From a virus (taxonomy: Duplodnaviria > Caudoviricetes), in IMG/VR virus record IMGVR_UViG_3300044454_000081, positions 1 through 25,158 of that record: 25,158 nucleotides of DNA; one strand, given 5' to 3'. The notes beneath the pieces are model-generated. The model searched no databases. It saw only the letters and a program-made list of their open reading frames with translations, and had not been told where the DNA came from. Of the stretch, positions 1 to 6,866 are shown piece by piece. Both the position numbers and the translations under genes were made by a program. Positions within the stretch are counted from its first letter, which is position 1. The number at the start of each line of letters is the position of its first letter.

Positions 1-28
1 GAGGCATTAACGCGTCACCCGCTGCCAT
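1..28 (-). CDS. 5' end of a gene running off the window (MAAGDALMP...)
   Basis: ATG at 28 is preceded by AAGGGGGAGAACAACAG (SD-like), and the frame is open to the window edge. Confidence 0.55.
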
Positions 29-87
29 CTGTTGTTCTCCCCCTTGCGGTGAGACAAGTCACCTGATGGCTGGACTTGTGCTACTAC

Positions 88-312
88 CTAACCCCATTTC
101 AGGATCGTTATTGTGCCACGTTCGGTTGTGGTAAATCGAACTAACCGAACAGCGGCCTCCTTCAATGTCCCTTTTACCTCGGACTGGGCACCGCGTACCG
201 CGTGCGCTTTCGAGGGGAACCCTTCCGCGGACGAAACGACCCTACCTCTATTCTTCTTATGCCACCGCCAAGGCTGCTGCTTCCCCGCTCCCTTCCAAAT
301 TTCGATGTGCAT
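88..312 (-). CDS. DUF1508/YegP-like small protein
   Basis: The pattern IEIWKG..QPWRWH..NRGRVVSSAEGFPSKAHAVRG matches the DUF1508 consensus (WRW...NG..IA.SEGY..K..A). Purine-rich SD AAAGGGG. Confidence 0.75.
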   Translation of the reverse strand: MHIEIWKGAGKQQPWRWHKKNRGRVVSSAEGFPSKAHAVRGAQSEVKGTLKEAAVRLVRFTTTERGTITILKWG

Positions 313-469
313 ATGCCCCTTTCTTCCGCGGCTCGCAACGAAAGTGAGCGCGTGGATTGATCAACTCAACGTTTATCTGCCCCAACGCTTGGCAATCCTC
401 CAAGCGGGTAAAGCCGCCAATCGTAATCGACGGCCCGCCAATCGTCAGGAAGATCACCAGCGTCCACAC
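257..469 (-). CDS. small hypothetical protein with hydrophobic N-terminus and a Cys pair
   Basis: GTG start 2 nt after the upstream stop; MWTLVIFL..GGF...EDC...RC pattern. Overlaps the next gene by 56 nt. Confidence 0.55.
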   Translation of the reverse strand: MWTLVIFLTIGGPSITIGGFTRLEDCQALGQINVELINPRAHFRCEPRKKGAYAHRNLEGSGEAAALAVA

Positions 470-471
470 GG

Positions 472-981
472 CTAGTCACTCGCGACGATGGGCGCCCGCT
501 TGCGCTTCTTGGTGTCCGAATCGCGCTCGATCTTCTTGGCGTGCGAGTGGTCGTTCGCAAACCTATCGCCCCTAGCTGCGCGTTTCTTGTAGCGGTCGTT
601 GATCTCGGCCCCGACCTTCAGCCCGACATCCGCGATCTTCGTACTCCCGGCCAGCGTCACGCCCTGGACGTAGATGCCATCGGCCTTGACCGGAGCGCCG
701 CCGTTGCACGAACGCATTTCGGAGTAGGTGCCGACATAGGGGCCGCCTTTGTCCTGCTGCTTTGACGCCTCGTTGATGATCTTCTTGCCGAGCCGCGTGT
801 TGTCCTCGGCGTCAGCGAGCGGAATGCCGTAAATCTGCATGACAGCAGTGGCCACATTGACCGGGTCGCTTCCCGACTTCACCACGGCGTCGACATCCAA
901 GGTGTACGTCACATCGCACGTTTGGGCAGCAGCAACAAACGGCGATGCAAACAATGCCACGAGCGCAAATAATTTCTTCAT
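472..981 (-). CDS. secreted hypothetical protein
   Basis: Classic Sec signal MKKLFALVALFASPFVAAA|Q, strong SD AAGGAG, two Cys, basic C-terminal tail. Confidence 0.8.
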   Translation of the reverse strand: MKKLFALVALFASPFVAAAQTCDVTYTLDVDAVVKSGSDPVNVATAVMQIYGIPLADAEDNTRLGKKIINEASKQQDKGGPYVGTYSEMRSCNGGAPVKADGIYVQGVTLAGSTKIADVGLKVGAEINDRYKKRAARGDRFANDHSHAKKIERDSDTKKRKRAPIVASD

Positions 982-1027
982 TTACTTCTCCTTCTGTATT
1001 TTGGGCTACGAAATGAAAACCATTGGG

Positions 1028-2107
1028 TCAAGCGTGCTTGTAGATCCACACCTCAGAAGCTGGTGAAGCGTTGCGGTGCCATTGAAAGTACGCAGTGCAT
1101 CCAAGTTCATCAATTGAACAGGCCATTACCGACTGATGAACAGGATCCATCAATCCGGCCGGCGGATCCGGCAAACGGGTCATAGATACAGTCTCCGGAT
1201 CGAGTTGCCAGAACTCACCGAAGCCGAGCAAGTTTACTTTTCCACCACCGCCGCCGCTTGCCAGCATCCCGTTATAGATGCCAACGCGGTAGGGTGCCGC
1301 CGGCATTGGAGTCACAGCCCCATCCTTTCCGAGCCGTACTAGCGTTTGGTCCATTGCATACCGCCCGTCAGGGTGTTCCCCGCTTCCATTGTCGTACACG
1401 TTCCCGCCGCCAAATAAGAGCGCGTCCGGAGTAGGCACCGCAATGTTGTGGTATGCACCATTCATACCTGATGGATGCTGACCTAGGCCTAACCACACTT
1501 TTGCTACGGCATCGAAAGCGTACACCGTGCCAAAGCCAGTAAACCAAGTAAGTTTGCCATTCCACCAGCAAAGCGCTGTTGCGATAAACCAGTTGCGCAT
1601 TTGTGCGGCTGGATCGGAAAACATCGACATCATCGTGTGTAACGCCCAATCGCTACCAGACCATCGGTAAACCGCGCCAGCGGCGATGGAGAGAAGAAAA
1701 ACATCTCCTGTCTCCGGATCGACTGCGGTGTGTTGATAAGCGTGACTCCCGGGTGTGTTCGTATGCCATATGGACCACGAGTGTGTCTTGAGATCGTAGC
1801 CAACTGTTTTGGGTGACTGCCCGTGGTCCGCACCCACAATAGGAATACGCTTGTTTACCGGGTCGTAGAACGTCTGCCCGCCGAAGATTAGTATGTTCTG
1901 CGTTGTGCCAGGACTTGCTAGCGCCGCGTCGGCTCCGGCAGCAGGAGGAGCCATCGCCCATGCTCCGGGTGCCATGCTGGCCGTAAGCTTAGCAAGCTCT
2001 GAATCCCCCGGTGGGGGCGGTGGGGGTGGTGGGGGTGGTGGGGGTGGTGGGGGTGGTGCGTCCGCGTGGTAAATGCGAACCTCCGCCCCGACGGGGCGGA
2101 TAATCAT
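1028..2107 (-). CDS. Kelch-like beta-propeller protein with N-terminal poly-proline linker
   Basis: 16 consecutive Pro, then repeated blade-like motifs (YDPVNKR, YDLKTHSW, VDPETGD, FDAVAKVW, LLFGGG, LDPETVSM). ATGA overlap with the upstream gene. Confidence 0.75.
   Translation of the reverse strand: MIIRPVGAEVRIYHADAPPPPPPPPPPPPPPPPGDSELAKLTASMAPGAWAMAPPAAGADAALASPGTTQNILIFGGQTFYDPVNKRIPIVGADHGQSPKTVGYDLKTHSWSIWHTNTPGSHAYQHTAVDPETGDVFLLSIAAGAVYRWSGSDWALHTMMSMFSDPAAQMRNWFIATALCWWNGKLTWFTGFGTVYAFDAVAKVWLGLGQHPSGMNGAYHNIAVPTPDALLFGGGNVYDNGSGEHPDGRYAMDQTLVRLGKDGAVTPMPAAPYRVGIYNGMLASGGGGGKVNLLGFGEFWQLDPETVSMTRLPDPPAGLMDPVHQSVMACSIDELGCTAYFQWHRNASPASEVWIYKHA
2009..2056 (-). repeat. (CCACCCCCA)n 9-nt tandem repeat encoding 16 prolines
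   Basis: Directly visible G-rich run gggggtggt repeated on the + strand. Confidence 0.95.
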
Positions 2108-2334
2108 GGGGTTGTCGGTGGAATCGGTACTGCCAGCACCCCGGCCCCGGCCTTGTTCGCATCGTCAGCCGCTCCGTCCGCCGTGGCCGCGTCCTGCATC
2201 TGCGCGATGGCAGCACGTAGCGCGGTAATTTCGGCTCGCAATGCGGCGACAAGCGCCGATTGGTCCGCTGGGTCGCCGTGGATGATCTCAGGATCGGGAT
2301 CGCCGGGAGCAAGGTAAATTTTGATCGAAGCCAT
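2104..2334 (-). CDS. probable in-frame internal gene (76 aa, MASIKIYLAPGDP...)
   Basis: SD AGGAG upstream of Met316 of the 391-aa ORF. Composition changes abruptly to an Ala-rich helix. Confidence 0.5.
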   Translation of the reverse strand: MASIKIYLAPGDPDPEIIHGDPADQSALVAALRAEITALRAAIAQMQDAATADGAADDANKAGAGVLAVPIPPTTP

Positions 2335-3279
2335 GCGTTGTTCTCCTGGAAAAGGTATCTCATGTGTTGCAATAATTAGATGCCGATAGCGCATCCACGA
2401 ATCGACGCCAGCTACGGTCTGTCGATCAGTCTCGAATCCGGTCAACCAGATGGCATTGAAGCCATTCGCCCACGGCACCGGTTGATTGCCTACGAGATAA
2501 TCTCGACGGGTGACAAGCGGCGTCCATTTCGTGTCGCCGTCAATCGCCCACCACAGATCAAGCTCGTTACCCGCGGTGCCGCCGTAGGTCCGCGTGTGCT
2601 GCCGATACTGAAACCATATCCACTTCTCGACCGGCCAGATCGGGCAGTTGGACGAGTCACTGTAGCGGCACAGCCCCCCGTTGGGCGCGACCCAGCCGTG
2701 CGACAGATCAATGTCCTGGCCGTTGTCTATGGGCACTTCAAACGGCTCGCCATTAGTCAGCCTGTTGTTGTGCGCGTAGGTGATCGGGAACTGATGACCT
2801 CTGTGGCTTTTGTTCGTCAACACATGACTGATGGCATTGCTGCTCTGATCTGCCATGCCCCACGGATTGCTGACGGACAGGTTCGCGATGATGGCGAACT
2901 TCCACGAGTTGTATTCGACCTTGCGCCCATCCCCACCGATGACCGTTGACCACGGCACAAGGCGCGATGCCGGAATCTTGAAACCGAACTGAATCCAAAA
3001 CGGCTGCGTGCCGATCCCATCGCCGTCGTTCGCCCATGCATCGGAGAACCGCCTGCGCCATGCCTGACCCTGCGTCGTCCCGCCTGGGTTATTAGCCCTG
3101 ATGTCGATCTGCAAACAGGGAACGCCCTCGTCAACGGCACGGTGAACCATGCCGAACTGCGCCTCGTTCTTGGCGTTGGCATAGCGATGCGGCAAGACGT
3201 CCTCGTCGCGTGAGAAATCAGTTGCGAACAACACTCCCGGCGCTGTGGAGCGTTGGAGCCAAGTTGTTTCTGCGGTCAT
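2104..3279 (-). CDS. hypothetical protein, polysaccharide lyase/ConA-like beta-sandwich with a helical C-terminal extension
   Basis: Trp-rich beta-strand pattern (LFATDF, FWIQFGFKIP, WKF, KWIWFQY, ELDLWW, FNAIWL, YRHLIIAT) resembles jelly-roll lyase/lectin domains. The fold is an inference. Confidence 0.65.
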   Translation of the reverse strand: MTAETTWLQRSTAPGVLFATDFSRDEDVLPHRYANAKNEAQFGMVHRAVDEGVPCLQIDIRANNPGGTTQGQAWRRRFSDAWANDGDGIGTQPFWIQFGFKIPASRLVPWSTVIGGDGRKVEYNSWKFAIIANLSVSNPWGMADQSSNAISHVLTNKSHRGHQFPITYAHNNRLTNGEPFEVPIDNGQDIDLSHGWVAPNGGLCRYSDSSNCPIWPVEKWIWFQYRQHTRTYGGTAGNELDLWWAIDGDTKWTPLVTRRDYLVGNQPVPWANGFNAIWLTGFETDRQTVAGVDSWMRYRHLIIATHEIPFPGEQRMASIKIYLAPGDPDPEIIHGDPADQSALVAALRAEITALRAAIAQMQDAATADGAADDANKAGAGVLAVPIPPTTP

Positions 3280-3536
3280 GGACGCCTCGACATCTCAGCC
3301 TCGATGTCAACAATGCGCGCCTTTAGCCTACCCTCTTGGAACGAGTCATTCGCACCTGAGTGGTCGCCGCCGTAATTCGCCCGGTAGTCGGCTAACTGTT
3401 GCCGGTTATATGCCAGGTTGCCTGCGAGTTGTTCGAGGGTTTGCTCGGTCAAGGGTAGGCCATCCCAAGCGCTGGGGTTGTTCAATTCCTTGAGTTCAGG
3501 ATCGAAGTCGAGCGTTGTATGCTTGCTGTGTTTCAT
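3276..3536 (-). CDS. hypothetical protein (86 aa, helical)
   Basis: Fills the gap in the operon exactly; ATGA overlap with the downstream gene. Confidence 0.7.
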   Translation of the reverse strand: MKHSKHTTLDFDPELKELNNPSAWDGLPLTEQTLEQLAGNLAYNRQQLADYRANYGGDHSGANDSFQEGRLKARIVDIEAEMSRRP

Positions 3537-3540
3537 TTAG

Positions 3541-3849
3541 TCAATCCCCACATTTGATGTTAACAGACATTGCCGTGCGTTGCACGACACTCGGACTCTT
3601 GCAATTCAAAACCTGGAAAAATGGATTGTCTGGCGCGTCGCCAGGACAGCGGACGATTGCCGTGGAATCACCCCTCTTGCTTACCGCGTACCCCGGACAC
3701 AAGTCGCACAGTGGAATCACCTGCGGGTCGGATGACTGGTGCGTGCAGATAATGGCCGGTCGCGGGTATCCCTGCCGGGACAACTGGACCCGCACTGACC
3801 AAGCAGGCAGTGAAATAAAAACCGAGACCAGTAATAGCACCCACTTCAT
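3541..3849 (-). CDS. secreted Cys-rich small protein
   Basis: Signal peptide MKWVLLLVSVFISLPAWS, six Cys, ATGA overlap with the upstream gene. Confidence 0.75.
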   Translation of the reverse strand: MKWVLLLVSVFISLPAWSVRVQLSRQGYPRPAIICTHQSSDPQVIPLCDLCPGYAVSKRGDSTAIVRCPGDAPDNPFFQVLNCKSPSVVQRTAMSVNIKCGD

Positions 3850-4436
3850 AGCGGGGTTTCACCTTCCGCAGGCGGCGTGTTACCACCCGATACCCATGGG
3901 GTTCCTTCGCTCAACTTTGCAGCGGCGGCCTGACGGTCAAGCTCGGCCTGATCCGCCCAAAGCGCGCGCCGGTCTTCACGATCGAGTGCCTCGGCAAACA
4001 TCCTATCTGCGTCCTCCTGCCGGCCAGCGTCGACCGCTTTCATGCCGGCCGCGACCAGCGGGTATACATCAGCTGGCGTTTGCCCGAAGCCGAAGAAGGC
4101 TGCTGTAGCTTGCTTGATGAGCGGCGGCGTGAGGTTGTGCGCGAGATAAATGGCGTAACCCATAATCCCGCACGGCCCGAGGCCGAGCTTTTCGCGGGTC
4201 GGGTAGTCGCGGTACTGACCCGCCGCGAGCACCCCGGTCGGCATAACGCGCACGTACCCGGAGGCGCCACCGATATGTGCTCCGTGAAGCAAGAATACTT
4301 GCGATGGTGTTGGCGCCGGCGCTAGCTGGACGACAGCCGCATTCAGGCTTATTGCTGCCTTCGCGATGTCTGGGTTGTCGCTGCGGAGTTGATCTACTAT
4401 CGCTTGCAAATCGCGTGCTATCTTTAGAACGTCCAT
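3846..4436 (-). CDS. hypothetical protein (196 aa)
   Basis: Strong SD AAGGAGAGG; operon continuity. Confidence 0.8.
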   Translation of the reverse strand: MDVLKIARDLQAIVDQLRSDNPDIAKAAISLNAAVVQLAPAPTPSQVFLLHGAHIGGASGYVRVMPTGVLAAGQYRDYPTREKLGLGPCGIMGYAIYLAHNLTPPLIKQATAAFFGFGQTPADVYPLVAAGMKAVDAGRQEDADRMFAEALDREDRRALWADQAELDRQAAAAKLSEGTPWVSGGNTPPAEGETPL

Positions 4437-4455
4437 ACGCCTCTCCTTTGGAAAG

Positions 4456-4514
4456 TGGCAGCGCCAGCCCGCGGTGCATGGGAGGTGACCGCGGCCGGAA
4501 TGCCGGCGCTGCCA
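4456..4514 (-). promoter_or_regulatory. long intergenic stem-loop
   Basis: TGGCAGCGCC/GGCGCTGCCA perfect inverted repeat plus an inner CCGCGGT/ACCGCGG stem; loop CACCTCCCATGC. Confidence 0.65.
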
Positions 4515-4520
4515 TAAAAC

Positions 4521-4826
4521 CTAGTCCGCTAATATCTTGGCCTTCGCGGCATCGAAATCGGCCTGAGTAATAACTCCAGTGCTGAGCAGCGCTTGTGCTT
4601 CTGCGATCCGTTCGGCCTTACTCTTGGCTGGCGCCGCCGCTGGTTTCGCCTTCTTCGCGAGCTTTGCCTCTAGCTTGGCCTGCAACGCGTCGCCCTTGGC
4701 GTGGATCTTGTCGATCCGCTCTTGCGAGAGCCAGACCCAGCCCTTCTCGAAGGCAACCACCAAAATTACGATGAGTACAATTACCGCGATTGCAGCGATG
4801 CCAACCATTTCCATCAGATCCATCAT
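4521..4826 (-). CDS. membrane-anchored SHOCT-domain protein
   Basis: N-terminal TM helix, and C-terminal AERIAEAQALLSTGVITQADFDAAKAKIL matches the SHOCT consensus. Start placed at ATG 4826 (SD GAGGAG, ATGA overlap with the o-spanin stop) rather than GTG 4865. Confidence 0.85.
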   Translation of the reverse strand: MMDLMEMVGIAAIAVIVLIVILVVAFEKGWVWLSQERIDKIHAKGDALQAKLEAKLAKKAKPAAAPAKSKAERIAEAQALLSTGVITQADFDAAKAKILAD

Positions 4827-5158
4827 TTCGGCTTCTCCTCTTCCAGCGATTTGACGCACGACCACATAAGCGTCTGCGAGCGCACGAGGTATTCATCGAA
4901 TTGCTTCAAGTCGATCCGCGCCGCAAGCTCGTTGTGCCAACCAGATGCTGCCGGGTTCATCCACGTTGCCGGCGGCGGCGGGATTTGGTCGCGCGTAAGG
5001 CACGGCACGAGTACAGGAATGCGAATCGGCTCTACCGTCGTCACACCCGATACAACCTTGGGTGGCGGTGGTGTCGACGTCGCACAACCGGCGACGAGTA
5101 ACGCAGTCAGGATGAGCAGCGTGGAAATCGTTGCACAACGGACGACGGGCGGAGTCAT
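4823..5158 (-). CDS. o-spanin (Rz1-like outer membrane lipoprotein)
   Basis: Lipobox LVAG|C, Pro-rich segments, directly after the i-spanin. Confidence 0.85.
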   Translation of the reverse strand: MTPPVVRCATISTLLILTALLVAGCATSTPPPPKVVSGVTTVEPIRIPVLVPCLTRDQIPPPPATWMNPAASGWHNELAARIDLKQFDEYLVRSQTLMWSCVKSLEEEKPK

Positions 5159-5799
5159 TTCGGTTTCACCAACGGGTTGACCGGCGGCGGACGCGGCGGC
5201 TCGGTGGGCAGCGACAGACGCAGCCCGCCACCGGCCGGTGGTGGATTGGTCGGTGGAAAATCGCGCGCACGTTGCTCGGCCGTCTTCTTGAGCATAGCGT
5301 CGCGCGCCGCAAGTTCTTGCTCACAGGACATTGCTGGCTTGGGTTGTCCCCATACTCTAACCATATCCTCTCGCTCCGGCGCGATTTCGGCGAGGCGCTT
5401 GTCGTCTGCTGGTTTACGTGCCGCCGCTGCTGCTGCTGCTCGAGCGCCGCGCTGCTCGAGGCGTGTAACTTCGTTTGAGCATGCTTGCCGCTCGGTGTCC
5501 AAGCGCTTCACGTCGGCTTGCAGCGCCGCATTCGCAGCGAGCGCGGTATCGCGGTCGGCAATAGCGACGCGCATGTGTCCGGCGCAATCGGCCGGGCTGA
5601 TCTTGTCGGCGAAGGCCCGGCAGGCTTCGGCGACGGGCGCGTACTTGGCTTCGATGCGCTGCGCTCCGACGGCCTGCCGCGACTTGTCGAAGGCGTAGAT
5701 CGCCGCCAGAGCTGCCGCGGCGAGCCCGGCATAGATCGCGAGCGAGACAAGCAGGGAGAGCCCGAAGATGCCGCGCTGCCTATGCAATAAGCTATTCAT
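5155..5799 (-). CDS. i-spanin (Rz-like)
   Basis: N-terminal TM, Ala-rich coiled coil, four Cys, immediately after the endolysin. Confidence 0.8.
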   Translation of the reverse strand: MNSLLHRQRGIFGLSLLVSLAIYAGLAAAALAAIYAFDKSRQAVGAQRIEAKYAPVAEACRAFADKISPADCAGHMRVAIADRDTALAANAALQADVKRLDTERQACSNEVTRLEQRGARAAAAAAARKPADDKRLAEIAPEREDMVRVWGQPKPAMSCEQELAARDAMLKKTAEQRARDFPPTNPPPAGGGLRLSLPTEPPRPPPVNPLVKPK

Positions 5800-6254
5800 T
5801 AAGGCCGTCCTGAATAGTCCGCTTCGCAGAACATCGCCCGCTCGGCCGCGCGCCGGCGCACAAGCCCGGTGACGACCTTGCCCTGCGCCCGCGTCCAGAC
5901 CATGAACTCATCTGCCGCCGCATCGAAGTTGCTATCGTTGACGCAACCGAGCAGCGTCGAGCGCCCAAATGCACGCAGGCCAATGTTGTACGACAACGCG
6001 ACCAAGGCATCGAACTGACACTGCGCGATCGGAACCGATACCAAAGCACTTACCCCGTCATCGAAGAAGTGCAGATCCCAATCGAACAGCATCTCGGCTT
6101 CGTCTCGCGTGATGTCGCGGCGCTCCTCGTCCTCTTTGATGACGTGGCCGTAGCCAATGTCCCACACTTTTCCGATCGCGTCCCAATGCGGCGAAAGGAA
6201 CGGCCCGCCCTCCCACCGCTTGAGAAACGTGCGGAGATCGTCGGAGTACGTCAT
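5799..6254 (-). CDS. endolysin, GH24 phage lysozyme
   Basis: WEG...D...WxIGYGH, QFDALVALSYNIG, STLL and GLVRRRAAE motifs. No SAR/TM N-terminus. Confidence 0.95.
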   Translation of the reverse strand: MTYSDDLRTFLKRWEGGPFLSPHWDAIGKVWDIGYGHVIKEDEERRDITRDEAEMLFDWDLHFFDDGVSALVSVPIAQCQFDALVALSYNIGLRAFGRSTLLGCVNDSNFDAAADEFMVWTRAQGKVVTGLVRRRAAERAMFCEADYSGRP

Positions 6255-6772
6255 CCCATGCCGCCCTTCTTCTTGAGCGGATTTGCTTCACGTGTGGCGA
6301 TCGGATTCTTGTTGGCAACGCGCACCGGAAGCGGCTTCTCGTCCGAGGGTGGTGCTGCGTCATCACCAATAAGTGTTTCCTCGAGTTGCGTGGTGCGCTT
6401 GGATACCGACTGCTGCGGAGCAGCGGTGGATGGGTTCCACTTCTCGATCACCCGCACGCCGGCACAGTAAGAAAGGAAAACACCGAAGAAACTCCAGTCC
6501 AGTTTGCCACTGCTCTGCGCATCGACCACCGCCCAACACCCAAGCAAGAATCCGCCGAATGTCATCATGCCCGACCGGCTCACTTTGCCGGTGACGGAAT
6601 CCATAAAGATCCACGAGAAGTCGACACGCTTGGCGGCGTTCTTCTGCCCGTACTGTACGACGAACATAATGATGACCATGCCTAGTACCATCACCATACC
6701 GAGCAACTCTGATCCAGTTAGACCGTCGCGCGCGAAGGCGAAAATGTCCCACCAATGATGTTCAGCTGCCAT
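6251..6772 (-). CDS. putative holin (about 3 TM helices, long charged C-terminal tail)
   Basis: Three hydrophobic segments, directly upstream of the endolysin with ATGA overlap. Start moved to ATG 6772 (MAAEHH) because the upstream part belongs to another ORF. Confidence 0.65.
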   Translation of the reverse strand: MAAEHHWWDIFAFARDGLTGSELLGMVMVLGMVIIMFVVQYGQKNAAKRVDFSWIFMDSVTGKVSRSGMMTFGGFLLGCWAVVDAQSSGKLDWSFFGVFLSYCAGVRVIEKWNPSTAAPQQSVSKRTTQLEETLIGDDAAPPSDEKPLPVRVANKNPIATREANPLKKKGGMG

Positions 6773-6866
6773 GTATGCCCCAAAGCAGCAGCACCAACGC
6801 AATGCCCAGCGTAAAGCCGTAGAAGATAAGTGCGGCCAGCGCTCGTAGCAGCTTCTTAACGTCCAT
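6762..6866 (-). CDS. 34-aa single-TM peptide (MDVKKLLRALAALIFYGFTLGIALVLLLWGIHGS)
   Basis: Read from the sequence and absent from the ORF track. SD GGAGG 7 nt upstream; abuts the upstream stop (TGA ATG) and overlaps the downstream start. Confidence 0.8.
   Translation of the reverse strand: MDVKKLLRALAALIFYGFTLGIALVLLLWGIHGS

Noticed and set aside
2009-2056. G-quadruplex or telomere-like tract
   Set aside because: Fully explained by poly-proline coding on the minus strand, although G4 formation cannot be excluded.
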